Assembly (NCBI GenBank): GCA_963765675.1
Contig: CAVXXK010000001.1
Location: 1,536,001-1,600,000 of the forward strand
Source of the DNA: an uncultured delta proteobacterium
Lineage (GTDB): Bacteria; Desulfobacterota; Binatia; Binatales; Binataceae
Reading direction: 5' to 3'
DNA length: 64,000 nucleotides
In this document: positions 9,295 through 18,979 of the stretch, in pieces
Layout of the letters: each line of letters opens with the position of its first letter
Numbering within the stretch: position 1 is the stretch's first letter
The notes under the pieces: model-generated
What the model was told of the DNA's origin: nothing
Databases searched by the model: none
What the model saw: the letters and a program-made list of their open reading frames with translations, nothing else
Translations under genes and position numbers: made by a program

Positions 9295-11106
9295 GTGCGA
9301 ACCGACACTCCTGCTGGCTCGTCCGCGCCCGAAGCCTCAGCTGCTCCAATACGCGAGCTGACGATTCGCGCGATCCTGCTCGGCGTTGTGCTCGCGCTGA
9401 TTCTCGGCGCCGCAAACGCGTACCTCGGGATGTACGCGGGGATGACCGTCTCTGCGAGTATTCCGGCTGCGGTCATCTCGATGGCGATCCTGCGTATCCT
9501 GGGTGGCGCCACGATTCTCGAAAACAACGTCGTGCAGACGATAGCGTCGGCAGGAGAGGCGGTCGCGGCGGGAGCGATCTTCACTTTTCCCGCGATCGTG
9601 ATCCTGGGCAATCACGGCGCGCTTCCTTACCTCGAAGTGACCGCGCTTAGCGCCGCGGGCGGCACGATGGGCGCGCTGCTGGTGGTCTTCTTGCGCCGCG
9701 CATATGTCGTCGATGAGCGCTTGCCGTTTCCCGAGGGCGTTGCCTGCGCAGAGGTCCTCCGCACCGGCCAGGACGCGGCGCAGGTCGCGCCGCTCGTGTG
9801 GGGCGGAATCCTCGCCGCGATTCTCAAATCCGCGCAGGACATGCTCGGGATCGTTCCCGCCTCGCTATCGGGTGCGAGATGGATCGGCGGCGCGGCGCTC
9901 TCGGGTTCGATCGATATGTCGGCGGCGCTGCTTGGCGTCGGCTATATCATCGGGCCGCGAATCGCGATTTTGGTCTTCGGCGGAGGCGCGTTCGCCTGGA
10001 TCGTCGCGATTCCCTTCCTGATGCTGACGCATCCGGGCGCCGCGACCTCGCACGATGCCGCGACCGCCGCGGCGCAGCTCTGGAGCGCGCAGGTGCGCTA
10101 CCTCGGCGTCGGCGCGATGCTGACCGGCGGAGTCGTCACGCTCTGGCGGCTGCGTACGCGGATCGGCGCGGCGCTTGCGGATAGCCTCACGGTGCTGCGG
10201 TCGCGCGAGGTGATTGTTCGCTCGCGCGAAGACACCGACCTATCGGCGCGCGCAATTCTTGCTGCGGTCGCCTTGGTCGTCCCGGTGATTTTCGCGTTGT
10301 GCCTGATTCTCTCCGGAAGCGTCTGGCTTAGCCTGTCGCTCGCGATCGTTCTGACGCTGGTCGGATTTTTTGCGACCGCCGTGGCTGGTTATCTGACTGG
10401 AATAGTCGGTGCGTCGAACAATCCGGTCTCGGGCGTGACGGTGATCGTGCTTTTGGGTATCGCTCTCTATCTGCGCGCGGTCGGAGTCGAGGGCGCAAGC
10501 GTCGGACCGCGGCTGGCGATTCTGGCCGGCGCCGTGGTCTGCACCGCGGCCGCGATGGCGGGTGATTCGCTGCACGATCTGGCGACGGGGTATCACGTCG
10601 GCGCGACTCCGCGCGCGCTCGAAATTGGCGTGCTGATCGGCGCGCTGGCGGCCTCGGTCGTGATGGCGCCGATTCTGAATTTGCTCATCGCAGGATACGG
10701 AATCGCCGGCACTGCTACTGCCAAAGCCGGCGCGCTCGCGGCGCCCCAGGCCTTCCTGATGGCGAAAGTCGCGCAGGGCGTCTTCAGCGGCGGACTGCCG
10801 TGGGGAACGATCGCGGCCGGCGCGGGACTCGCCGCGATCCTCGCGGTGAGCGACGCAGCCCTCGCGTCGGCGGGCTCTGCGTGGCGCACGCCGATCATGC
10901 CGGTGGCGATTGGACTCTACCTTCCGTTCGGATTGAGCGTCGCGATCTTGCTCGGCGCGCTGATCCGCGCACGCTTCGGCCATCAAGAAGGCGAACTCGG
11001 CGGCCCGGGCCTGCTCTTCGCCGCTGGAATGGTCGCGGGGGAAGCGCTGATGGGCGTCGCGACCGGCGCGATGGTGACCTCGGGCATCCGCCTGCCACTG
11101 TTCTGA
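9295..11106 (+). CDS. OPT family oligopeptide transporter
   Basis: ELTIRAILLG, NAYLGMYAGMTVSASIPAAVISM, ENNVVQTIASAG, LPFPEGVACAEVL, SNNPVSG, APQA. Confidence 0.95.
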   Translation: MRTDTPAGSSAPEASAAPIRELTIRAILLGVVLALILGAANAYLGMYAGMTVSASIPAAVISMAILRILGGATILENNVVQTIASAGEAVAAGAIFTFPAIVILGNHGALPYLEVTALSAAGGTMGALLVVFLRRAYVVDERLPFPEGVACAEVLRTGQDAAQVAPLVWGGILAAILKSAQDMLGIVPASLSGARWIGGAALSGSIDMSAALLGVGYIIGPRIAILVFGGGAFAWIVAIPFLMLTHPGAATSHDAATAAAQLWSAQVRYLGVGAMLTGGVVTLWRLRTRIGAALADSLTVLRSREVIVRSREDTDLSARAILAAVALVVPVIFALCLILSGSVWLSLSLAIVLTLVGFFATAVAGYLTGIVGASNNPVSGVTVIVLLGIALYLRAVGVEGASVGPRLAILAGAVVCTAAAMAGDSLHDLATGYHVGATPRALEIGVLIGALAASVVMAPILNLLIAGYGIAGTATAKAGALAAPQAFLMAKVAQGVFSGGLPWGTIAAGAGLAAILAVSDAALASAGSAWRTPIMPVAIGLYLPFGLSVAILLGALIRARFGHQEGELGGPGLLFAAGMVAGEALMGVATGAMVTSGIRLPLF

Positions 11107-11156
11107 TCGTGCGGGAGCCGGGTCGCTTGATATAAATGTTGCCGGGTAACCGAAAA

Positions 11157-11789
11157 ATGAAACCATTCGCAACCTTGATCGCATCAGGCGTGCTCCTCAT
11201 GGCAGTTGGCGTCGCGCCGCCCGCGCGCGCTGCGGATTCCACGGCGCTATCGCAGACGCAGGTCAGTTTCTTTACTCCTGCGATTCCCAAAGGGACGCCG
11301 CGCGCCGGATCGTGCTGGACCGAGTCGATCGCGGTGACGCGGCCCGGCGCCTGGCGATGCATGATCGGCAATGAGATCCACGATCCATGTTTCCAGGTGC
11401 CGCCGCTCCGGGGTGAAGTCGTATGCGCCGCGAATCCTGCGACCAGTCAAGCTGGGTTCGTTCTTAAGCTCACCAAGCCGTTACCTGAAACCACGCCGCC
11501 TACCGAAAATCCGGAGCCGTGGACGATGCTGCTGGCGGACGGATCGATTTGCCAGCCGTTCACCGGAACCATGCCGATGGTCGGCGGCGACGGCGCGCGA
11601 TGGTTCTGCTACGACCCGTCCGCTCCGATGGACAGCGCGGCGCGCAGCCGCGGCCTGGTCACGAAATTTCATCCAGCCAAAGTCTGGACGGTCGATCGCT
11701 ACGCCGAATCCGACGCGGGGCCACCGGGAGCGACCGGCAATCGTCGCGTGCAAGCGCAGAGCGTTAACGTAGTGAAGGTTTGGGAATAG
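11157..11789 (+). CDS. Secreted Cys-containing hypothetical protein
   Basis: Signal peptide ending ARA; CWTESIA..RPGAWRCMIGNEIHDPCF; six Cys. Confidence 0.7.
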   Translation: MKPFATLIASGVLLMAVGVAPPARAADSTALSQTQVSFFTPAIPKGTPRAGSCWTESIAVTRPGAWRCMIGNEIHDPCFQVPPLRGEVVCAANPATSQAGFVLKLTKPLPETTPPTENPEPWTMLLADGSICQPFTGTMPMVGGDGARWFCYDPSAPMDSAARSRGLVTKFHPAKVWTVDRYAESDAGPPGATGNRRVQAQSVNVVKVWE

Positions 11790-11818
11790 CCGTCGGTTTT
11801 CGAACCGCGCGTGCCACG

Positions 11819-12319
11819 CTATTTTCCGAGTTTCCGCAATTGGCGCGGCGTCAGCATCCACCGCAGTTGCGCGCTGCCGCGCTCGGAGGCCGCCGGAACT
11901 TCCAGCGCCATAAGGCCGCCTTTCTTGAGGGTGATGTTCGCGCCTTTTGGCGCCGATGTAAGCAGCGTCGAGGCGATCCCGCTGAGTTGCGGCTCGTGCC
12001 CGACGATCATCACGTGGCGATGCTTCGCAAACGGACGCAGCGCCGCGATCGCTTCTTGCGGGGCGACGCCGGTCGCTAACGCAGGAACCACTTGCGGCGG
12101 CGGATCGTTCGCGTAGACCGCAGCAACGATCTCTGCGGTTTCCGTGGCGCGCGCGAGTGGGCTGGTCAGAATTACGTCGAACTTGAGCTTCAGCGAGCGC
12201 ATTCCATCGGCGCTGTCGCGAAGTTTCTCGCGTCCGCGCGCGGTCAGCTTGCGTGCGCCGTCGTCGCCGCCCGGGGGCGCGTCTTCCGCGATTCCGTGTC
12301 TTAGAATGTACAAAATCAT
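11819..12319 (-). CDS. sixA: Phosphohistidine phosphatase SixA
   Basis: LYILRHGIAE, TSPLARATETA, VGHEPQLS, LKKGG. Confidence 0.92.
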   Translation of the reverse strand: MILYILRHGIAEDAPPGGDDGARKLTARGREKLRDSADGMRSLKLKFDVILTSPLARATETAEIVAAVYANDPPPQVVPALATGVAPQEAIAALRPFAKHRHVMIVGHEPQLSGIASTLLTSAPKGANITLKKGGLMALEVPAASERGSAQLRWMLTPRQLRKLGK

Positions 12320-13290
12320 TTTTCAGATTCCGTCTTTTCGAGGTTTGCCTTCGCGTGATGCGCCGAATGGCCATGGCGCCGCGTCTCTTCGATTGCATCT
12401 TTCATAGTCTCGCCGCGCTCGAATTTGTGCCATGCCTTGACGCATCGGCGCGCGAGCTTGCGCTCGCGCCGCCTGAGCGACTCGGCCATCGCTCCGGCCG
12501 CGAGCACCGCCTCGGCCGGCGCGCCCTCGGCGTTCGCGTACGCGATGAGCCATGCGATCGCGATGATCGTGTCGTTAAACGAACCCAGCAGGTCTTGCAG
12601 CGCCTCGAGCCGCGCGAGCGCCTTGCGATGACGCTTGCCCCCCAGAGCCGCCAGCATCTCGAGCGTGTATCGCGTCCGCTTGACCCGCACCCGCAGGCGA
12701 TGGACCACCTCGGGCATCGAGGATTCGGTAAGCAGCGCGCCCGCGCGTGACATCGCACGCACCATCCGCGCCAGAATTCCCGCTGCCGCCTGTCCGAGCG
12801 TTGCCGAAGCGGAAATCCGAATCCGCGGTTTCCGCAGCCGCGCCATCGTGGTGTTGAATCTCGCCGATTCCAGAACCTCGCCCAACGTGGCGAGCGCCAG
12901 CGTGCGCGATACTTCGAGCTCCGAATAGAGCGGCGGCAGCATCGCGGCGAGCTTCGGCTCGAGTTTCGGGGCGCGGGCGCGAATAGTATCGCCGATCACG
13001 TCGCATTCGCGAACCTTGCCCGCGCTCTGGGCCAGCCACGGCAAATCCCGGCGCAGAAGCGCGGCCTGTCCGGCGTGAATCACTCCAGAGAACATCTCGA
13101 TCGCCGCGCGCAAGCGGCGCGACGCGACGCGTAGCTGATGGATCGGTTCGATCTCGCCGGCGATCGCCGCGGCGCGCTCGCGTTCCAGCGCGTCCGCGCC
13201 AAACGCGAGCGCGAGCGTTGCGGCTGCTCCAAGGCTGTCCTCAGGCGCGAGCCGCAGCTTGCGCGATTCCGGCTGGACCTCAGCCTCCAC
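12316..13290 (-). CDS. CHAD domain (polyphosphate-binding) protein
   Basis: IHQLRVASRRLRA, GKVRECDV, VHRLRVRVKRTRYTLE, LQDLLGSFND. Confidence 0.9.
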   Translation of the reverse strand: MEAEVQPESRKLRLAPEDSLGAAATLALAFGADALERERAAAIAGEIEPIHQLRVASRRLRAAIEMFSGVIHAGQAALLRRDLPWLAQSAGKVRECDVIGDTIRARAPKLEPKLAAMLPPLYSELEVSRTLALATLGEVLESARFNTTMARLRKPRIRISASATLGQAAAGILARMVRAMSRAGALLTESSMPEVVHRLRVRVKRTRYTLEMLAALGGKRHRKALARLEALQDLLGSFNDTIIAIAWLIAYANAEGAPAEAVLAAGAMAESLRRRERKLARRCVKAWHKFERGETMKDAIEETRRHGHSAHHAKANLEKTESEK

Positions 13291-13293
13291 GCG

Positions 13294-14040
13294 TCATTCC
13301 TTGCGGAGGGAGTTCGATGAGGCCGCTGCGGAGCGTGCAGGTTCTGCGATTTTCAGATAGTCGGCGATATGCTTTTTGAGGTCGCTCTGAATTTCCTCAA
13401 TCGGCGCGCGCGCGTCGACCGAAACGAAGCCAAACTCCGCCGAGAGGTGCCGATATTCCTCGATCAGCCTGCTCTGGTAGCGCTTGAACGAGTCGAACAG
13501 ATCGGTGCCGAGCGCCAGATGCATCCCCGATTCCCAGTAATCCATACCCTTGCCGTGCACCACGCGCGGAATCAGCGTTTCGACATCGATATCGAGGTAG
13601 AGCACCAGGTCCGGCACCAGCGCGACGCCGAACAGCTCGCGGCTCCAGTCCGGATCGGCGCCCATCACGTTGTTGCGCGCAAACGCCGTGTACATGTACC
13701 GGTCCGCGATTACAATAAAGCCCGCCTGCAGCGCGGGCAGAATCTCGTGCTCGAGCCGATCGGCAAAGTCGGCGGCGTAAAGCAGGCTGAAGGTGTTGAC
13801 GGTGAGCTGATGCCCCGCCTTGGCTTCGTTTATGGTTTCAGAGAGCAGCGGCGAGCGCGTCCATCCGGTGTTGCTGACCGCGTAGCCTTCGAGCTCGAGC
13901 CACGGGCGCAGCAGATCGATCTGGGTCGAGCGGCCGACGCCGTCGGTCCCCTCGATCGCGATCAGATGGCCCGGCAGGCGCTTCTCCTTCAGATAGGGCA
14001 GCCCGTGCCCATACCAGGTCTTAGCGCGTTTTGATCGCAT
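13294..14040 (-). CDS. Thymidylate-kinase-like protein, degenerate P-loop copy
   Basis: IEGTDGVGRSTQ (K->R), DFADR, ADRYMYTAFAR, PDLVLYLD. Confidence 0.85.
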   Translation of the reverse strand: MRSKRAKTWYGHGLPYLKEKRLPGHLIAIEGTDGVGRSTQIDLLRPWLELEGYAVSNTGWTRSPLLSETINEAKAGHQLTVNTFSLLYAADFADRLEHEILPALQAGFIVIADRYMYTAFARNNVMGADPDWSRELFGVALVPDLVLYLDIDVETLIPRVVHGKGMDYWESGMHLALGTDLFDSFKRYQSRLIEEYRHLSAEFGFVSVDARAPIEEIQSDLKKHIADYLKIAEPARSAAASSNSLRKE

Positions 14041-14866
14041 GATTGTTGTTTGCCCGCTGGCGATCGTAATCGCGCAGCACGTCTTGCACCATCTTGCGGA
14101 ATCCGCGCTGCTGCAGAGGAATCTCGCCGGTCGCGTCGATTGTGCGCAGTTCGAACTCGTTGGTTAGCTGGTCGTAAATCTCGAGCACGCGGCTTTGAAA
14201 CAGGCGAAAGCTCTCGACCGGATCGGTGGACAGCCCCACGTCCATCCCGGCTTCATGATACTTGAGCTTGGCGCGGCCCGAGAGCAGGCGCTCGAGCGAT
14301 ATTTCGATCGGTACGCGGAAATACAGCGTCAGGTCGGGCTTGAGCGCGAACTTGTACACCGAACGAACCCAATCGGGATCGACTCCGCGCGCCACGTCGC
14401 GCGCGAACGCGGTGAACACATAGCGGTCCGCCAGCACCACCATCCCGGCCTTCAGCGGCGGCAGAATCTGGTAGGTCAGGCGATCGGCGAAATCGACTGC
14501 GTGCAGCAGGCTGAAGGTCGTGGGCGTCAGCAGATTTTTCTTCTTGCCCCGGCTCATCGACCGCCGCACCAGGCGCGACGAATTCCATTCGGTGAAGATG
14601 ACCGGATAGCCGCGCGCACGAAGCCATCGCTCGAGCAGCATGAGCTGGGTCGATTTTCCCGACCCGTCGATTCCTTCGACGGCGATGAGGCGGCCCGGAT
14701 ATCCGTGCGGTGCGCTCAGCAGGCTTTGCGCCGGTTCGGGTCGCGCGGACTGCGTCGGAGAGGACGCCGCGGCCTGCACTCCATTCTGCGCGGCGCTTAA
14801 CGCGCCAGCGTCACCTGGCGGTCCAGCAAGCGTGACAGCAGATCCGTCCTTCTCTCGCATGTCCAT
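14021..14866 (-). CDS. Thymidylate-kinase-like protein, intact P-loop copy (start uncertain)
   Basis: VEGIDGSGKSTQ, TEWNSS, DFADR, ADRYVFTAFARD, PDLTLYF. Confidence 0.88.
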   Translation of the reverse strand: MDMREKDGSAVTLAGPPGDAGALSAAQNGVQAAASSPTQSARPEPAQSLLSAPHGYPGRLIAVEGIDGSGKSTQLMLLERWLRARGYPVIFTEWNSSRLVRRSMSRGKKKNLLTPTTFSLLHAVDFADRLTYQILPPLKAGMVVLADRYVFTAFARDVARGVDPDWVRSVYKFALKPDLTLYFRVPIEISLERLLSGRAKLKYHEAGMDVGLSTDPVESFRLFQSRVLEIYDQLTNEFELRTIDATGEIPLQQRGFRKMVQDVLRDYDRQRANNNHAIKTR

Positions 14867-16311
14867 AGTTCGAGATCCGCTTTTTCCCTGTTTGAATCGA
14901 CCCCGATAATAAGCCGTCCGGGTGAGTAACGCACCTCGATATTTTTGACCACACCGAAGTGGCTGCGGTCCAGCGCGTCGGCGACGCGCAAAATCGCGGC
15001 GAACGCGCGCACCGTCTTGCGCTGCGCAGGAGCCAACGCGCTCAGCTCGGGAGAATCGAGCTTGGGCGCCTGTTTGCGATGCCCGCGCGCGGCCTGCGCT
15101 ACGACTTCGATCTCGTCTCTATCGAAGCCAAACAATTCCGCATTCTTTATTAGATAATAAGAGTGCCGGTTGTGTCGATCATGATCGATCGCGTGCCCGA
15201 TATCATGCAACAGCGCCGCGTACTCCAGCAACTCGCGGCTCTTACGCGACAGTCGCAAAACCGGCGCGGTCGCGTCGAACAGCTTGAGCGCGAGTTTCGC
15301 AACCTGTTTGCCATGCGCATTGGCTCCGGAAAACCGGGCGGCGAGCGCCTTCACCGAACGCCGCCGCGCGTCCTCGGCCGTATGGCGAAACGCGGTGCGC
15401 ATCTGGCTGAGAATCAGCCCCTCGCGCAGCGCCCAAGTACAGGCGACCAGCTCAGGCGCTCCCGAGCGCCGCACGATAAAATCCACCAGCGCTCCCGCCG
15501 CCGGCATCAGGTCAACGCGCTTCGCATCCATTCCCGGCAGTTCCGCACGCAGCGCCGCGTTGGCCGACGCGAGGTCGCGCGCGAGGCCCGAAATCTCCTC
15601 CGCCGACGCGCTCGCGCCGTGCAACCTGCCCAGCTCTTCGCCGCGCGCGGCGCGCGCCATCGCGACCAGAGTGTTGATCGTGCCCGAGGTTCCTACGGCG
15701 CGGACGATTTTCGCCTTGCGCGCCTGGTGCAGGAACACCCCGGCTTCGTGCTCGATATGCTTTTCCATGTGCCGAAGCTGCGCGCGGCTGGGTGGATCTT
15801 CGGTCAGATAGCGCTCCGCAAGCCGCGCCGCTCCCAGCTTCACGCTATGCATCCACAGCGGCTCGCCGTCTTGCACCAGCACCAGCTCGACGCTACCGCC
15901 GCCGACGTCGACCAGCAGATGCGGTCCGCCGTCAAGTCCGAGAGCGTGCCGTGCGGCGATAAAGATCAGGCGCGCCTCTTCGGTTCCGGAGATCACCTGC
16001 ACCGCGATCCCGGTCTCGCGCTTGATGCGCCGGATAAACGCGGTCCGGTTGCGCGCCTCACGCACCGCGCTGGTGGCGACCGCGCGCATCCTGTCCACCT
16101 TGCGCACGCGCGCGAGCCTTCCGAAGTTCGTAAGCGATCGCACGGCCAAGTCCATCGCTTCGTCGGTGAGCTTGCCGGTGGTGAAGGAGCGGCGCCCCAG
16201 GCGCACCATCTCCTTGACCCGATCGACCACCTCGACGCGGCCCTCGCGGGTGGCGTCGGCTACGATCATATGGACGGAGTTTGATCCGACGTCGATCGCG
16301 GCAAGCCGCAT
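14797..16311 (-). CDS. ppx: Ppx/GppA exopolyphosphatase with C-terminal HD domain
   Basis: MRLAAIDVGSNSVHM, ATSAVREARN, ISGTEEARL, DVGGGSVE, ALREG, LLHDIG; true start is ATG 16311. Confidence 0.95.
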   Translation of the reverse strand: MRLAAIDVGSNSVHMIVADATREGRVEVVDRVKEMVRLGRRSFTTGKLTDEAMDLAVRSLTNFGRLARVRKVDRMRAVATSAVREARNRTAFIRRIKRETGIAVQVISGTEEARLIFIAARHALGLDGGPHLLVDVGGGSVELVLVQDGEPLWMHSVKLGAARLAERYLTEDPPSRAQLRHMEKHIEHEAGVFLHQARKAKIVRAVGTSGTINTLVAMARAARGEELGRLHGASASAEEISGLARDLASANAALRAELPGMDAKRVDLMPAAGALVDFIVRRSGAPELVACTWALREGLILSQMRTAFRHTAEDARRRSVKALAARFSGANAHGKQVAKLALKLFDATAPVLRLSRKSRELLEYAALLHDIGHAIDHDRHNRHSYYLIKNAELFGFDRDEIEVVAQAARGHRKQAPKLDSPELSALAPAQRKTVRAFAAILRVADALDRSHFGVVKNIEVRYSPGRLIIGVDSNREKADLELWTCERRTDLLSRLLDRQVTLAR

Positions 16312-16505
16312 GAAAGGATCGTAGCCGCAAAAGTTCGCGAAGTCATCATCGTGCAAAGAAAAATGAAAAAAATTGCATGATAAAGATTTCGCGTCCGCGC
16401 GCGAAGCATCCGCGTAGGATGTTACGGTAGGGTTACACGATCGCGCGCCGATGCCTCGGCGAGCGCGCTTCGCTAGGATAGTCCGGTTACTCTTCTGGCA
16501 ATCAA

Positions 16506-18107
16506 TTGGGTGCGGCAAGCAAAGCGGTAATAGATCACGTCGAGTCCGGACCCGCGACGCACAAGTGGCTGATCGCGATCGCGGTGATGCTCGGCACCAC
16601 GCTCGAGGTGCTCGACACCTCGATCGTCAACGTCGCGTTGCCGCATATGCAGGGCACTTTCTCAGCCAGCGTCGACGAAATCGCGTGGGTGCTGACGAGC
16701 TACCTGGTTGCCAACGGGATCATGATTCCGATGACCGGGTGGATCTCCGCCCGCTTCGGCCGCAAGCGCTATTTCCTGACCTCGGTCACCGTATTCGTGG
16801 TCGCATCCGCGATGTGCGGCGCGGCGCAATCGCTCGATCAGATGGTTTTGTTCCGACTGATCCAGGGCGCGGCCGGCGCCGCGATGATCCCGTCATCGCA
16901 AGCGATCCTGATGGAGACCTTTCCGCCCAACGAGCAGCAACTCGCGATGGCGATGTGGGGAGTCGGCCTGATGGTCGCGCCGATCATGGGTCCAACGCTG
17001 GGCGGATGGATTACCGACAACTGGAACTGGCGCTGGAATTTCTACATCAACATCCCGGTCGGAACTCTCGCCTTCCTGATGGTCACGTGGTTCGTGCACG
17101 ATCCCGACTATCTGCGCGCCCATCGCGCGCGCGGCGGCAAAGTCGACTACCTCGGGATGCTGCTGCTGGTGGTCAGCCTCGGACTCATGCAGATCGTGCT
17201 CGATCGCGGCCAGCGCGCGGATTGGTTTAATTCGGCCTGGGTCGTGTACGCGACCGGAATTTCGGCCACCGCGGCGGTGTGGCTCGTGCTGCACGAGTTG
17301 CGCTTCTCGGAGCCGATCCTGGATTTGCGCATCCTTGCAATTCCGGTGTTCAGTTTTTCGGTTACGCTGATCGTTGCGATGAGCTTTGCGCTCTACGGCA
17401 CCGGACTGCTCAACCCGATCTTCCTGCAGGAACTCCTGGGCTACAACGCATGGAAGGCCGGACTGGTGCTCGCGCCGCGCGGACTCGGGACGATGGTCGC
17501 GATGCTGCTGGTCGGACAGCTCGCGCGCGCACGCCTGGACACTCGCCCGCTCATCGGCCTTGGCTTCGTCCTGATGGCTGCGGCGTTGTGGTCGATGTCG
17601 GGATGGAATCTGCAAGTCAGCATGTGGGTCGTCATATGGCCCAGCGTGGTGATGGGCCTGGGGATGGGCATGATCTTCCCGACCCTGTCGGCCACCACGC
17701 TGTCGTGTGTCACGCGCGAGCGCATCGGGTACGCGGCGAGCCTGTACAACCTGATGCGCAACGCCGGCGCCGCGATCGGCATCTCGTACATGACCACCGC
17801 GCTGGTCAATCACGAGCAGACGCATCAGTCGTACCTGGTCGAGCATTTCTCAGTTTTCGACGCCTGGAAGATGAGCGCCGCCGGAGCGCACACTCCGGGC
17901 GCGATTCCTTTCCACTACCTGCCCCAGATGATCACCGGCCAAAAGCAGGGCCTCGGGATGATTTATGGAATGATCCAGTCGCAAGCCGCGATGCTCTCCT
18001 TCAACGACATCTACCGCGTGCTGATGTTCATGATGATCATCCTGGTCCCGAGCTTCCTGCTGCTCCGCCGCCCTGATACTTCCAGCGGCACCTCGATGGC
18101 GCATTAG
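16506..18107 (+). CDS. DHA2 (EmrB/QacA) MFS efflux permease
   Basis: LEVLDTSIVNVALPHM, WVLTSYLVAN, FRLIQG, GPTLGGWITDNWNWRWNFYINIPVG. Confidence 0.95.
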   Translation: MGAASKAVIDHVESGPATHKWLIAIAVMLGTTLEVLDTSIVNVALPHMQGTFSASVDEIAWVLTSYLVANGIMIPMTGWISARFGRKRYFLTSVTVFVVASAMCGAAQSLDQMVLFRLIQGAAGAAMIPSSQAILMETFPPNEQQLAMAMWGVGLMVAPIMGPTLGGWITDNWNWRWNFYINIPVGTLAFLMVTWFVHDPDYLRAHRARGGKVDYLGMLLLVVSLGLMQIVLDRGQRADWFNSAWVVYATGISATAAVWLVLHELRFSEPILDLRILAIPVFSFSVTLIVAMSFALYGTGLLNPIFLQELLGYNAWKAGLVLAPRGLGTMVAMLLVGQLARARLDTRPLIGLGFVLMAAALWSMSGWNLQVSMWVVIWPSVVMGLGMGMIFPTLSATTLSCVTRERIGYAASLYNLMRNAGAAIGISYMTTALVNHEQTHQSYLVEHFSVFDAWKMSAAGAHTPGAIPFHYLPQMITGQKQGLGMIYGMIQSQAAMLSFNDIYRVLMFMMIILVPSFLLLRRPDTSSGTSMAH

Positions 18108-18118
18108 CGGCGTTTCGC

Positions 18119-18631
18119 CTATTTCAGCAGCTTCTTCAGGTCCTTGAGCAGGAGAAACAGGTGAAGCGGGTCGGTTGGGCTTGGCTCGAAATCGAATTGC
18201 TCGTACCAGCGGCGCGCATTCTCATCCTTTGCATGTACGACCAGACCGCGAATTCCTGCAATGTCCGCAGCCTGCGCCGTGCGCAGTAAGGCGTCCTTGA
18301 GAAGAGCTTTGCCTATGCCGGTTCCTTGCTCAGAGACATCCACGGCCAATCTGGCCAGTATCATCACGGGGATCGGATGCCGCGCGAGGCCCTTGACCGC
18401 GCGCGGAGGCGACTTCTCAGACTGAACGGAACCGACCGCGAGACTGTAGTAGCCGACGACGCGGCTCGCACGGCAGGTGACGTATGTCTGCGTGGCGTTG
18501 GCGGCCTGATTTGCCAGGGCGAATTTCTTTAGAAATCGGTCTAGCTCTTCTCGTCCGCAGTTGAACAGGTCGGCGATGTCTTGCGCGGTGAGCTTATGGA
18601 CCGGCGAGATCGCTTCGGAGGCACCGGTCAC
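18119..18631 (-). CDS. GNAT acetyltransferase toxin (AtaT/TacT-like)
   Basis: FNCGREELDRFL, VVGYYSL, PVMILARLAVD, QGTGIGKALL, VHAKDENARRWY. Confidence 0.9.
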   Translation of the reverse strand: MTGASEAISPVHKLTAQDIADLFNCGREELDRFLKKFALANQAANATQTYVTCRASRVVGYYSLAVGSVQSEKSPPRAVKGLARHPIPVMILARLAVDVSEQGTGIGKALLKDALLRTAQAADIAGIRGLVVHAKDENARRWYEQFDFEPSPTDPLHLFLLLKDLKKLLK

Positions 18632-18903
18632 TCAAGGGCACTCCGCTCGGCGAGCAATCGGGCAAGCCCGGGCTTTACTCGGGCAGGACGATCCAGGATT
18701 TTCACAAAAGCGTTCCATCGCCGTTTGTCGAGCACGAACGAGCGCCGGTCTTCCAGAGTCTCGGCCGCCGCAGTCAGGCCGGCGTCCAGGAGAAACTGAC
18801 TCACCGTCTTATTTGCCTGCGTCGCCGCCATCTGCAACGTGCCCTTGGCGGCGGAGCTGACCCGCACGTCGATACGCTCTGTTTTCGAAACTGCCGCTGG
18901 CAT
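18628..18903 (-). CDS. DUF1778/TacA-like ribbon-helix-helix antitoxin
   Basis: KTERIDVRV..LQMAA..TVSQFLL..AAETLEDRR..WNAFVKILDRP; 4-nt overlap with the toxin gene. Confidence 0.9.
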   Translation of the reverse strand: MPAAVSKTERIDVRVSSAAKGTLQMAATQANKTVSQFLLDAGLTAAAETLEDRRSFVLDKRRWNAFVKILDRPARVKPGLARLLAERSALE

Positions 18904-18923
18904 CGGAAAGCCACCTCGTAGTT

Positions 18924-18952
18924 TTTATAACATCCGGACATTGTCCGGACAA
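18924..18952 (-). promoter_or_regulatory. Sigma70 promoter with overlapping operator palindrome of the TA operon
   Basis: Minus strand TTGTCC-17 nt-TATAAA with a TG extension; perfect inverted repeat TCCGGACA-T-TGTCCGGA at 18933-18949. Confidence 0.75.
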
Positions 18953-18979
18953 GAACTTCTCAGGGCTCCGAGATGCACT

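Noticed and set aside
13294-14866. Plain duplicated housekeeping tmk
   Set aside because: Canonical TMP-binding motifs are altered, one P-loop lacks Lys, and the context is polyP genes, so the tmk symbol was not assigned
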